Assembly: GCF_964188315.1 (NCBI RefSeq)
Contig: NC_135670.1
Coordinates: 868,001-932,000 of the forward strand
DNA length: 64,000 bases
Reading direction: 5' to 3'
Source of the DNA: Podarcis muralis
Taxonomy: Eukaryota
Positions 12,141 through 30,539 of the stretch are shown here, piece after piece; position 1 is the stretch's first letter; every line of letters begins with the position of its first letter. The notes beneath the pieces are model-generated. The model was not told the origin of the DNA. It did not search any database and worked only from the letters and a program-made list of their open reading frames with translations. The translations under genes and the position numbers were made by a program.

Positions 12141-15100
12141 GTAGTAGTAGTAGTAGTAATGTAATAATAGCCCTGTTCCCACTCGGGTTCTAACCCTAAC
12201 CCTGCAGGGCAGGCCCCTTCCTCTGAGCCTGCCTTGGCAACTCCCCGCATGTGGGTCGGCTAGTTGACTGGGATCCTTTCTGAAGGGCCTGTCTGATCCG
12301 CCTCCTTTCCCTCTTCCAGATCCCGCTACGAGGAAGACCACAGGTGAGGAGGTGGGCGTCTCTGGGACCCTCGACTCGGGACCCTTTGGCTCTGTTGGGC
12401 CAAGGGTGGGAGGTGGAAGGCAAGAGAGACCATGCGGTTGGGGCAACATTTGGGGCTGGAGTGGGAACCCTCTGAAAAGCTCCCCGGGATTCAGTGGCTC
12501 TCTTGGAGGGGGAGAAACACACATCAATGCAATAAAGAAATAAATGAATGAAATACAATTACTGTGCGAATATTCGCTGCCATGAAGACTCCCGCTCTTC
12601 CTCCCAGGCTGTCAGAAATCAGGGAGGAGGGAAAGCGAGAGAAGGGGAAGCAGGATTGTGGGCCAAAGGAGGCGGCTGTCGGAGAAGGTGAGGAGCGGGT
12701 CTGGGGTGGGTGGGGGCTCAAAAGCCCCCCAAGGGTTTGCTCTCTGGAGAACTGCCTGCCCTGGATCGGGGCACCTGGGCAAGGCTTCCTGTGGGAGTCA
12801 GGCTGGGCGCTGGCGCAGACCCCAGGAGAGAGGAGCCTGGCGGACGAGGTGGCTGAAGGGGAAAGGCCTTGGCAGACAGGTGGGTGGGATGGAGGCTCAC
12901 CTGCAAACACAGGTGGTGCTTTACTTCAGCAGAGGCCCCTCCTTGGATCTCCATTGGGGGCGATGGCCCAGGAGAACCTTCTCCTCCCTTACTGCTGTAA
13001 TAAACAAAAATCTGCCCTTATTCCCTTACAGGGGACACAAGAGCCCTCATAGAGTCCTTTGCAGGATCTCCTTCAGTCAGAGAAAATAATAGAGGCCAAG
13101 CAGAGACTATTGAGAAGCAAAGCAGCTAGTAAGCCTGATCTTTATTGATCTGTTGCAACAGGGTGCTCCCCTCACACGCAGGAGAAGGAGGAGGACTCAG
13201 AACCCAGGTGTACCCACCCTTATAAAGATATTTTGAATTGCCCGCCCTGGATCTCCATACATCATACCTACATCACAGAAAGGGCAGTCTACAACAGAAA
13301 TCTGAGTGCTTTGTTTATCTCCTGTCTGCCAGCTTATCTGATAATGCCTTATCTGATTGCCTTTCCTGGTAGTCTGCCCGTTCCTTTGAAATGGTGAATA
13401 ACCAATTCCTGCCCTCCCTCCTTGCAGAGAAAACATTTTGTCCGTTTGGGAGTCAAAATGGTTTCAGGGCGGTCTATGTTTGTGCTTGGTTGGTACATTT
13501 ATGAACATTTATCATATATATAAGACCTTAATTTTTTTATTTCACTGCATACCCCCCCCCCCAGCACTTCTCCGATGAAAACAGGGACGTCCTCAGAAAA
13601 AGCGAGACGTTCCAGGATCAAATGGGAAACTGGGGCGGCTTCTGTAAATCCGGGGCTGTCCCTAGAAAATAGGGAGACTTGGAGGGTCTGTTGTTTTCTT
13701 TTCCAGGCTGTCCCCCTCGACGGGCGCCCAGAGCTGAGCCCCAGCCAGATGGGTCAGTTGAGGATGGTAAGCCCAGAGAGAGGGTGGGTGGGGGGACAGA
13801 GGGGGGTCGGGAGCAACCGGCCACCCTTCGCTTCCTGGCCTGCCGGGTTTCTCTTTTAGGTGACGATCCGGAAAGCCCTGCCAAGGCCCCCCAGCCCCTG
13901 GGGACCCTCCCCTCCAAGGAAGCACCCGCAGAAGCCCAGTCACCCTCTTCCCAACCTGCTTTCCCCATTCCCCATCATGAGATTCTGGGCTTCATTCAAG
14001 AGCTGGGGGCAGCACAGGAGCGCCAGTCTCGCCACCGCCGGGAGCGTAAGTAGGGGAGGGTGGGGCGCTCCCCCTCCGTCCCCCCACAAGACCCCTGTGC
14101 CTTCCTCCTCCTCCTCCGGGAGAAGGGTCTGCTCCAGCTTCCTGAGCATCTCTACTTCCGTAATAGTAACAACAACAACAACAACAACAACATATTATTT
14201 GTACCCTGCCCATCTGGCTGAGTTTCCGCAGCCACTCTGGGCGGCTTCCAACACCATATTAAAATACAATAGTCTATTAAACATTAAAAGCTTCCCTAAA
14301 CAGGGCTGCCTTCAGATGTCTTCTAAAAGTCTGGTAGTTGTTTTTCTCTTTGACATCTGGTGGGAGGCTGTTCCACAGGGCGGGTGCCACCACCAAGAAG
14401 GCCCTCTGCCTGGTTCCCTGTAGCTTTGCTTCTCGCAGGGAGGGAACTGCCAGAAGGCCCTCGGATCTGGACCTCAGTGTCCGGGCAGAACGATGGAGGT
14501 AGAGATGCTCCTTCAGGTATACTGGGTTGAGGCCGTTCAGGGCTTTAAATGTCAGCACCAACACTTTGAATTGTGCTCGGAAACGTACTGGGAGCCAATG
14601 TAGGTCTTTCAAGACCGGTGTTATATGGTCTCAGCAGCGGCTCCCAGTCACCAGTCTAGCTGCCGCATTCTGGATTAGTTGTAGTTTCCGGGTCACCTTC
14701 AAAGGTAGCCCCACGTAGAGCACATTGCAGTAGTCCAAGCGAGAGATAACTAGAGCATGCAAGATGCTAGTCCTTAAGGAAGCTGCAAAGATCTGGGGTG
14801 TGTGTGTGGGGGGGTTTTGGCGGTGGTGGTGGGGAGACAACAGCTGCCGAAACCTCAGGAGCCACAGAGGGGCAATGGATGAATGTTTTGGGGGGCTTCG
14901 GTGCCCTGCCTTGCCCCTCCCGGGGTCAAGTGAGACTAGAGCAACTCACACAGAGGCTGGGTGGCCAATTGTCAGGGATTGTTTTGCTGTGATCCTTGCA
15001 TTGCAGAGGGTGGGTTTACATGACCCGCTGGGGTCCCTTCCAATTCTATAAAAATAGCAAAAGGGGTTTTTTTTTGGCTTAGGGCCCTCGTATTCTACAG

Positions 15101-16037
15101 GACGGCCTCTCCTGGTCTGCTCTGCAGAGGACCTTCTTAAGGTCCATGAATAACCATAGTTTAGAGGTCCTGGGCCCAAAGGAAGTCAGATTATCCTCCA
15201 CCAGGGCCAGGGCCTTCTCAGTGGTGGCTCCAACCTGGTGGAATGCTCTGTCCCAGGAGACCAGGGCCCTGCAGGATTTAACCTCCTTCCGTCGGGCCTG
15301 TAAGACAGAGCTATTCCGCATGGCCTTTAATTTGAATTCAGCCTGATCTTTTATTTCTCTTCCCTCCCCCTCCCCTTTTATGAAGATCACCTGCTCTGAG
15401 ACCCCACAGCTAATTCTCCCCTGGTCTCCTCGCTGGCCCAAGTAGGACCAATTCAGCCAGCTAGCCCTGGGGATTATCTAATTGATTTTTGATTTTTGAA
15501 TTTTATTGTTATTCATTGTTTTCATACTGTATTTTATGCTGCATTTATAATTGTTTTAAATATGTTGTTAGCCGCCCCAAGCCCAGTTTTTGAACCGGGA
15601 AGGGCGGGGTATAAATAAAAAAATATTATTATTTATTATTTTTAAAAATCCACCTTGCTTTTTGCAAATTGACGCAAGCCTTCCCCCCACGCCAGCTGCC
15701 AATGTTCCTCCTGTTCTGTTTGCAGCAAGCGGGGTGCCGGATCTGCCCCTCCCTGAAGGCTGCTCCTCTCCCCGCAGGGAAAAAGGACCTCCGCAGCTGC
15801 CACGACTGCCTGAAGTCTGTCAAGACCTTAAAGGAGAACCTGCAGGAGGTCCAGGGGCGGCTCTGGAAGGTGGAAGCCAAGCTGGGCATCCGCGTGCCCC
15901 CCCACGAGCTGGAGCTGGAGGAGGACGAGAAGGAGCCCCCCAAGGAAGGAGGAGGGGAGGGCGAGGAGAGCCCCCCGGCCTGGGCGCCCCTTCCAGTGCC
16001 CCCCCAGCCTGGAGGTGGGGCAGAGGGCAGCTGGTGA
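10926..16037 (+). CDS. Unidentified six-exon protein-coding gene with a C-terminal coiled coil. Exons 10926(or 10770)-10963, 12320-12343, 12608-12687, 13707-13766, 13860-14045, 15778-16037.
   Basis: All five introns are GT-AG with pyrimidine tracts, and phases 2-2-1-1-1 chain without a stop into 215 aa (267 aa from ATG 10770). The last exon has GC3-rich codons (LKENLQEVQGRLWKVEAKLG). AATAAA lies at 16155 and 16172. The first exon is the least certain. Confidence 0.7.
11085..11450 (+). mobile_element. L2-clade LINE 3' fragment
   Basis: Same sequence family as 595-985, with an (AAT)n tail. Confidence 0.85.
11836..11925. mobile_element. 90-bp hAT MITE
   Basis: TIR CATAGCTGTCAAC / GTTGACAGCTATG; 8-bp TSD GTCCCAAC at 11828-11835 and 11926-11933. 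Confidence 0.85.
12996..13544 (-). mobile_element. Solo LTR in an intron of the unidentified gene
   Basis: TG...CA termini on the minus strand, 4-bp TSD CTGC, AATAAA and TATA-like motifs on the minus strand, homologous to 7719 and 60976. Confidence 0.88.
14165..14770 (-). mobile_element. L2-clade LINE 3' fragment
   Basis: MKDLHWLPVRFRAQFKVLVLTFKALNGL...[15 protein letters not shown]...[10 protein letters not shown]. Confidence 0.9.
15060..15630 (+). mobile_element. L2-clade LINE, second family, 3' fragment
   Basis: [38 protein letters not shown]; same family as 24715-25180. Confidence 0.8.
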
Positions 16038-17181
16038 AGATGCCAAGCCAGAGACGGAAGCAGGCGGACCCAGCCCACCGTTCCAGCGGCCGGGGGGTGG
16101 GGGGGGGGTGGGCTTCCTGAAAACAACAAAAGAAAGGCCTTTATTTTTTCATTTAATAAATATATACCTTGAATAAACTTCCCACGGTCAGTTTGCAGAC
16201 AACCCCCCCAAAAGGTGAAATACCATGTGAGCGATCAATAACTACACTGGTTGGGTAGCCACTTCTCAGGTGGAGATACCTGCATTGCGCGGGGTCAGAC
16301 TAGATGGCCCTTGGGGTCCCTTCTGACAATCCTGCGGCTCTAAGCAGCCTTAACCTTGTTCTAGCCCCAGAGCCCCACCGGGTGACCCTCCAGGGGCCAT
16401 GTGCCAGAATGGTGGGAGGGCGTCTCTGTGGCTGGAAGGGCATCCAGCCTTTGATTCTCATATCTGAAGATTTTTCTTTTTTTGAATATGCTTTTTATTA
16501 AGTTTCATTTTAGATACACCAACAAACAAATATATCAAATATTTTTACATCTATCTTACTTTATGCTCCATAGAGCCATTGACTTCCCTCCTTCCCTTCC
16601 GCAGGTTTTCTTATTCCAATCTTTAATTCACTGATTCATTAGTAAAAGACTAAACCATGACATAAGATTTATTTCAGTCCTGCTAACGTCTTCAGATTTC
16701 TACAGTTCTCACTTACACAGACCATAAATTTGCTCCATTCTTTTTGGTACCTGAAGATTTTTCAGTCTTTATCACTTAATCTACATTTCTTAATTTCTCT
16801 ATTACTTTTAATTTCCCTTAACTAACAATTCTCTTCATAATCCTCTCTGCAATATTTAGCATAGTCCTACTAGCGTGATCTGTTTATTACAATTGCTTCT
16901 CAAGTAGTTCAGCTATCCCGCAGGATCCTTCCTGTCATTTTATCTAATTCTGCACAGCCCATTAATTTCATCTGCCTCCCCCCCCCCTCTTCTTTTTGGG
17001 TTCATTATTGACATTTGATTGTATTTGATTGTCCAATTAATAAATCTTATTAAAAAGAAAGAAAGGAGCCTCACGAAACGCCATCCCTAAAAGAAACCTC
17101 CACCTGCGCCTCCCAGATGCAAAGAGCACCTCTCTCCTTCCACTTCCCTCGGCAAACAGCTGTTTTCCTCCCTCCCGGGTT

Positions 17182-17279
17182 ACTACAAGTCCCAGAATGC
17201 ACCGCGCCCGCCCTCCCCCTTTCCCCTCCCTTTGCGCGTGCGCAGTCTTCCCGGCGAGGCTGCGAGGCAGAAGGTGAGT
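17182..17279 (+). promoter_or_regulatory. MRPL24 promoter and non-coding first exon
   Basis: ZNF143/SBS motif ACTACAAGTCCCAGAATGCACCGCG at 17182-17206, NRF1-like TGCGCGTGCGCA at 17233-17244, and donor AAG|GTGAGT at 17273/17274. Confidence 0.75.
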
Positions 17280-18037
17280 TGGGGGAGGGAGCGCGTGGGG
17301 CAGGAGGGGTTTTTTTGGGGGGGCACCTTCTTCTTCCCTGCAAAACGGGGGGGGGAGCAGAGGGGGCCCTGAGGCCAGGGTCCGGGGTGCAAATGGGCAT
17401 CAGGGTCGGGAGGGGGCCTGCCCTCCTCGGGAGTTCGCTTTCAAGGTTCTAGTCCTCAAGGAGGACCAGGGAAATTCAGGGAGGAGGAGGAGGAGGAGAG
17501 GGGCTGTGCTCTGCCCCCCCCCCCCATCGTGCAGGGCCGAATTTAGATATACTACTACTAATAATAATACATTTTACTTATACCGCGCCCTCCCTGGCCA
17601 AAGTCGGGCTCAGGGCAGCTAACACCAGTAAAATTACAGTAAAAACATAATTGGGGGGGGGGGGGGAGAAAAACCAATTTAATGTTCGCTTTCACGGTTC
17701 TAGTCCTCAAGGAGGACCGGGGAAATTCAGGGAGGAAGAGAGGGGCTGTCGAGGGCTGCAAGCCCCTGGGGCTGTGCTCTGCCCCCCAATGGTGCAGGGC
17801 CGGCTCCCCTTCTTTTTTTTTCCTTTTTCCTTTTCTTTTCCTTTCCCATACTGGCTTATGTTTTATGCCATGTACTTTGATATTTTTTGTAGTTTCCCCC
17901 CATTACTATTATTAAGGAATTTTCTTTTGTAATTTTGGTTGTCTCTATATGTACTTGTTTAACGCAAAATAAAAGTATTTTAAAAACCCACAGCGGACTG
18001 ACTGACCTCCCTGAGCCTCCCTTTCCTCGCAGGGACC

Positions 18038-19563
18038 ATGAGGCTCTCCGTCCTCCTTGCCGCGGCGGAGAAATTCAAGCCGCACCCCGGCTACCGCTAT
18101 GGCATGAACCGGCCCGGCTCTGTCGCCGACAAGGCCAAGAACCCTCCGTGGGTCTGGCGGAAGAAGATCCCCGTGGAGCCCATCAAAGACGAGGACTGGA
18201 AGTTCTTCAAGGGCGACACGGTGAGGTCTCTCCCTGCTCTCAGCTACCCGCTTTGTCTGTGCCCACTCGCTTCCGCAATGCCCGCCTCCCAAGGCTTGAC
18301 CGCTACCATGGGAACTCCGTGGGGCAGCCCTTGGAGGTCAGGATCCAGAACGGTCCCTTGCTTGCCCCCAAACGGGGCAGCTGACCCAACCGGGGGTCTT
18401 CCCTTCCTGCCGACCCCCAACCCCACGTGGCATGCCTTTCTCTCGTCCTTTTAGGTCCAGATTCTGAAGGGGAAGGACTTGGGCAAGCAAGGCATGGTCT
18501 CCCAGGTGATCCGAGAGCGGAACTGGGTCGTTCTGGAGGGCCTGAATGTGGTAAGTGATGATGATGATGGTGGTGCCCTTGGGCTCCCCCCCCCAGGAGA
18601 GAAGTGGGGTGTTCTGGGGGCTTTGGCACACTGAGACCCTTATGTGCTCTTTGGCTCAGCCTTCTCGGTGGTGGCCCCTGCCCTGTGGAACTCCCTCCCA
18701 CCAGATGTCAAAGAGAACAACAACTACCAGACTTTTAGAAGACATCTGAAGGCAGCCCTGTTTAGGGAAGCTTTAAATGTTTGATGCATTACGGTATTTT
18801 AATATTTTGTTGGAAGCTACCCAGAGTGGCTAGGGAAGCCCAGCCAGATAGGCGGGGTATAAATAATAAATTATTATTATTATTCCTTCCCTCCCCTTTC
18901 CGGTAGCACTACCGATACACGGGCAAGTCCGGCGCCTACGGTGGGATGTACATGGCCAGTGAGGGTCCACTGCTGATCAACTGGGTGTCCCTGGTCGACC
19001 CCACTGACAGGTAAGGGGGCAGGGCAATACTAAGAATTTGCCCCTTGATTGCCATTCCTGAATTCGTTGCTTGTGATCCCTGCGTGGCCAAGGGTTGGAC
19101 TTCAGGGGCCAGCAAACTTTTTCAGCAGGGGTCCGGTCCACTGTCCCTCAGACCTTGTGGGGGGCTGGGCTATATTTTGGGAAAAAATTAATGAACGAAT
19201 TCCTATGCCCCACAAATAACCCAGAGATGCATTTTAATTAAAAGGACACATTCTGCTCATGTAAAAACACGCCGGTTCCTGGACCATGTGCAGGTCGGAT
19301 TTAGAAAGCGATTGGGCCAGATCCGGCCCCCTGGCCTTAGTTTGACTACCCATAGACTAGATGGCTCTTTGGGTCCCTCCAAACTCGATGATTCTGTGAT
19401 CCCATGATCTGCGGGGGGCAAACGGCGTCCCCCTGAAAGCACCGTGGATTCGTTTCCAGAGGTTAGGCTCCTCTTCGTTTATTTAAGAGCTTTTCTAAAC
19501 AGCAGGCTCGTTCGCTGGAAGAAGAGGAAAACCCTTTCTAGCCTTCCATCGTAATTTGTTGTA

Positions 19564-19602
<39 letters not shown>

Positions 19603-20897
19603 GCTGGCTTTCACCCCAAGGTCCCAGGACCGTTTCCAGAGATTAAAACTCAATCTTAAAAACAGTTTTGAACAAGTTAGCTCACAGAAATAAGTTGGGG
19701 CATAAAAATATATTTCTCAAGTGTCCAAAGATAAGAGGTCTGTCTCCAGAAGCTGTAGAATGAAAGTCTCAGGGGTTTTTTAAATGAACATTTAATATTA
19801 TTTGTAAACCAGCCGGTGATATTAAGGATGATTAAGAGGTATTTAAATCCTGCTAGGTAAATGAAATATCGATTGTTCTCCTTTTTTGTTACGACAACAA
19901 ACACTTGGGTACTTATTTCCCCTGTGAGCCATATACTCAGAGACTGAAGACTTTGGTGTTTTTAAGCGAGGCCAGGTGGGCAGGGTATTAATAATAAAAC
20001 TATTATTATTATTAGTGTTTTTCTTCTAGAAAAAGGGTGCCAGTACTGCGTAACCTTGAGCACCCCCAGAAAAAAGCACTGATATTTGTATTATTGTTGT
20101 TTAACAGTTTGACGATTGATCCGCAGGCTAAGTTTAGATATTTATATTTCGTGAACACTATACGCCACTCAGTTGTAAAAAAATTACAGCATGCAGAAAA
20201 TTTAAACCCACACCAACTTCTGAAGCATCTGGGTGGCTTAAGCAAGAATGTTTTGAGCAGATGCTGAATTTCAGCTTGAGCTTGCTTTCAAACACGCCCC
20301 CCCCAAACCCCACTTCCCCATCCCCGCTGGACTCTCCCTGGCCTCCCCTCTCCCTTCTCGTCTGGCCCTTGCCCCCCCAGGCTGCCCACCGAGGTGGAAT
20401 GGCGCTACACAGAGGAAGGAGAGAGGGTCCGCGTCTCCCTCCGGACCGGCAGGATCATCCCGAAGCCCTTGGAGCAGAGAGACGATGGCATCATCCCAGA
20501 ACAATGGACAGGTGAGTGGCTCTTGCATTTGGGAGTGGAGCTGGCATGGAGCGGATTTCCATGGGGAAAAGGGAATCCTGACCGCCTGTTGCCTCAGGCG
20601 GACCCTGCCTTGGTTCTGAGCTGTCCTCTGTCATGTGGACTAGAAACTTGGTTCTGGGTTTACAGAACCCGCACCATAGCATTAAAAAAAACACCCAGTC
20701 TCCTAATTTCCTGCACCCCGTTTTCTCTTCTCCTCTTTCCCCCCTGCCTTGCTGCTGAAGACTGCCCCAAGGACACGTCGGTGGAGGACGCCCTGGAGAA
20801 GACCTACGTCCCTTCCTTGAAGACGTTCCAGGAGGAGATCATGGAACTCATGGGCATCGTGGAGACACGCCGCTTCAGGAAGTCCTACTGGTATTGA
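18038..20897 (+). CDS. MRPL24: Mitochondrial ribosomal protein L24 (uL24m). Exons 18038-18220, 18455-18550, 18907-19010, 20381-20511, 20761-20897.
   Basis: Exons sum to 651 nt (216 aa): [28 protein letters not shown]...[18 protein letters not shown]...[11 protein letters not shown]. Includes the KOW motif; canonical splice sites. Confidence 0.97.
18655..18885 (+). mobile_element. L2-clade LINE 3' end in MRPL24 intron 3
   Basis: Family 3' sequence GCCTTCTCGGTGGTGGC...GGCGGGGTATAAATAATAA. Confidence 0.8.
19103..19354. mobile_element. hAT-type MITE
   Basis: Ends CAGGGGCCAGCAAACT / AGTTTGACTACCCAT; same family as 32330-32591. Confidence 0.75.
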
Positions 20898-22081
20898 GGC
20901 CTTTCATCCCGCGGATCGGTGCCCCGCTGCCTGGACCCCAAAAGACTCTCAGCTTTGGGGGGAGATTGAGGAGGAGGCTGAGATGGGGGCTGTTGCCTCC
21001 TGATAAGGGACCCTCTAAACCGCAACCTGTGTCTTTGAGTCTGTGGATGTGGCCGTTCTCCTTCTCCTCTGGCAAGTCTATCTATACCGCCTTTCTTTAT
21101 TGCTACCCGCCATGAGGCGGTTTATAAGCCATAGAAGCAAAGGTCACACGTCTACGGAACAATCTGATCCAAGGCAGAGAAGGTCACAATAAAAGATAGG
21201 ACTTTGGGATAGGCAACTTGTATCAAACGAAGGTAATAGTCAAGAATAAAATAGTACAGTCATATCTCGGGTTACAGATGCTTCAGGTTGTGTTTTTTTT
21301 TGGGTTACGGACCGCCGAAACCCAGAAGTACTGGAATGGGTTATTTCCAGGTTTCGGCGGTCACGAAGTGCCGAATTGCAACCCGTGGGTTGCGGACGTG
21401 CATCCCGCACGGATCACGTTCGCAACGCAAACGTCCACTGTACACGGTAATAATAGAACAGCGACACAATAGTACACGGTGAAACTCATTCTGGAAATAT
21501 CAGATAAGCAGAAATCTGCTCTCAACAGTTATATTAATAAATTAAAAAATGTTCAACATATTACTAAAAACAGTGGCAAAGTTACAATGCATAAAAGTCC
21601 ACAGTGCATGGAAAAAACACAGAAAACGATGGAAATGAGCACACTTGTGAAATTTATGAGTAACTAGAATTTCCGGAAGTCCTCCCTTCCCAGCTGCTTT
21701 CTGCCGCTCTTAAAGTCCTGGGAGAGTCTGTTCCTCAGTTGGACTTGGTGGTGGGTAAGGGTCTTTTGCCTTCCTCTGCATTTCCTTACTGAGGAGGGGG
21801 CCAAGGAGGAAGGTGTCAGGCTGTTCACATCTCCATGCCTCTTCTGAGAGCCTGTTTGCCTCCATGGCGCAGATGGAAAGGGGAAAACCTCTCCAGATCT
21901 CCTCCACCCTCTCTGACCCATACCTGGCCAGGGATGATGGGAGCAGGAGGCCCCTTTGTGGCTGAATCCGGGTGTCCAGAGTGCCCACGCCCTGCTTTTC
22001 CCCTCGTGGGTATTCCTGTTCTCTGGCTCCCTGGGGTGCGGGGCAGGGTGTGTGGGTCCAGACATCGCCAAGCGGTCCCCT

Positions 22082-28335
<6,254 letters not shown>

Positions 28336-28584
28336 CGCAAGGAGACTCTGCAGAAGGAAAGGCGAAAGAGAGGAAAGTTATTTCACTGTGGTTTAATTGA
28401 TGTTGTGCCCTGCAGTGGTGGAAAGCAGGAAATAGTAATAGTAATAATAATTAATGTGTACTCTGCCTCTTCCCCTGACTCAGGGCAGCTTACAGATAAC
28501 ATAAGAGCAGTTGAAAACATATGGGGAAGACAAAAACGAACACAAATAAGTGTTAATCGAATGAAAAGTACGTATGTACATGTA

Positions 28585-28908
28585 TGGCGCTGTGGGTTGA
28601 ACCACAGAGCCTAGGACTTGCCGATCAGAAGGACGGTGGTTCGAATCCCCGCGACAGGGTGAGCTTCCGTTGCTCGGTCCCTGCTCCTTCCAACCTAGCA
28701 GTTTGAAAGCACGTCAAAGTGCAAGTAGATAAATAGGTACCGCTCCGGCGGGAAGGTAAACGGCATTTCCATGCGCTGCTCTGGTTCGCCAGAAGCGGTT
28801 TAGTCATGCTGGCCACATGACCCGGAAGCTGTACACCGGCTCCCACGGCCAATAAAGCGAGATGAGCGCCCAGAGTCGGCCATGACTGGACCTAATGGTT
28901 TACCTTTA
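28585..28908 (+). mobile_element. Sauria SINE in RRNAD1 intron 1
   Basis: Family body and tail, with GTACATGTAT duplicated on both sides. Confidence 0.9.
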
Positions 28909-28967
28909 ACGTACATGTATTATATATGTCCCTATCTATCTCCCATCAGATGTCAAGAAGATGTCAA

Positions 28968-29221
28968 CAGTGGTACTTCTGGTTGCGAATGGGATCCATT
29001 CTGGTGGCCCGTACGCAACATGAAAAGAGCACAACCCGCAGCGGCGCATCTGCGCACACACGGGTTGTGATTCGCCGATTCTGCGCATGATGTCATTTTG
29101 TGCTTCTGCGCATGCGTGAGCAGCGAAACCTGGAAGTAACCATTTCCGGTACTTCTGGGTTGCCGCAGGACATAACCTGAAAGAAGGTAACATGAAGCAA
29201 ACGTAACACAAGGTACCACTG
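28968..29221. mobile_element. Tc1/mariner-pogo MITE nested in an L2 fragment
   Basis: CAGTGGTAC...GTACCACTG termini that split an L2 3' sequence. Confidence 0.75.
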
Positions 29222-29364
29222 TATCCGACTTTTAGAAGACATCTGAAGGCAGCCCTGTTTAGGGAAGTTTTCAATGTTTGAAGTTTTATTCTGTTTTCAA
29301 TGTTCTGTTGCCCAGAGTGGCTGGGGAAACCCGGCCAGGTGGTTGGGGTAGAAATAATAAATTA

Positions 29365-29422
<58 letters not shown>

Positions 29423-29599
29423 CACCATTATCTATCATTTAAAATCATTTAAAAACACACAGGTAATTCCAATAAAAAGCGGCACATTCCAAGCAGCCTT
29501 AAAAAGAGATCCCTTCAGGGCCCCGATCCGAGGAAGGCCTTCTTCACTCCAGGCGGGGCACCCAGAGAGTAAGAGATTTTGTGGGAGGAGAGGAGGCCG

Positions 29600-30100
29600 C
29601 TCTATCCCGCGCCACGTCTATGGTCCTGCGTCCCCACAGAGCGACGGGAAGGGGGAGGGAGGGCCTTTCCAGGAGGCGCGACCCGCCTCCCCGGACCCCC
29701 CCCCCGCCCCGTGAGCCTGGCGGGCCGCGCCCCCCCCCCCCGCTCGAAAGCCCGCCGGGGCAAAGAGAGAGAGAAGCCGGTACCGTCGCGGCCTTTCCCT
29801 CGCGCCGGAAGTAGTTGCGTCCTGACCCGGAAGAGCTTCCTGCGCCCAAGATCCGGCCCCCTGGGCCTGAGGGCGCCATTTCGTCGCCGCCTTTGCCTGG
29901 AGCGGTGCGCCCGGAGGTCCCTCTTCTCTCTCTCTGCGCCTTCTCTCCCGAAGAAGAAAGGCCTCTCCGTCCCAGGCGGGACTTGGGAAGTAAGTGGCTC
30001 GTCCGCCAAGCTCGCTTTCCCGGCCGGGCCTCGCTCTGACTCGGGGGCGAAAAGCCGCCTCAGAAAATACCCCCCGCCCCCCCCCCCCCAATCAATAACT
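29600..30100. promoter_or_regulatory. CpG island, RRNAD1 promoter (probably bidirectional)
   Basis: CCGGAAGT at 29805-29812, CCGGAAG at 29827-29833, a YY1-like motif (AAATGGCGC on the minus strand) at 29873-29881, and a plus-strand donor GTAAGT at 29990. Confidence 0.75.
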
Positions 30101-30539
30101 AACTAACTGACTCAAATCAGTCCATCGCCCCAAAGTCTTTTGCTGGAACTTATTAAGGCTGGCGTGAAAACCTCGCTTCCGTTGGTTTGGCTCGGCGCCA
30201 GGGAACCTCCCGAGTTCCAGATAATAATAACAATAACAATAATAATAATAATAATAGAAAACAACATGGAAAACTACAGAACTTTTACATAACGCAGTCC
30301 TTCTTTATGACATAGGCATCAAAGAAAGAACAAGCATTTAAACCACCTAACACACATGGGAGCATGTGGAATGATAGTTTTTTTTAAACCAGCAACTAGA
30401 AATAATTTTTGATTTGATTATATTACTAATGTAATTACCTGGACATAGTTGGGGCTGCTTTTTTGGGGGGGTAGGGGAAAACTGTATTTGATTGCTTGTA
30501 TTTGATTATATGTTGTTCTTATATGCAACTAATGAATGA

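Noticed and set aside
12185-12200. CTAACCCTAACCCT telomere-like dimer
   Set aside because: Too short to distinguish from chance.
10926-16037. Possibility that the unidentified gene is HDGF, the mammalian neighbour of MRPL24
   Set aside because: No PWWP/HATH domain in any frame; only a generic acidic tail is similar.
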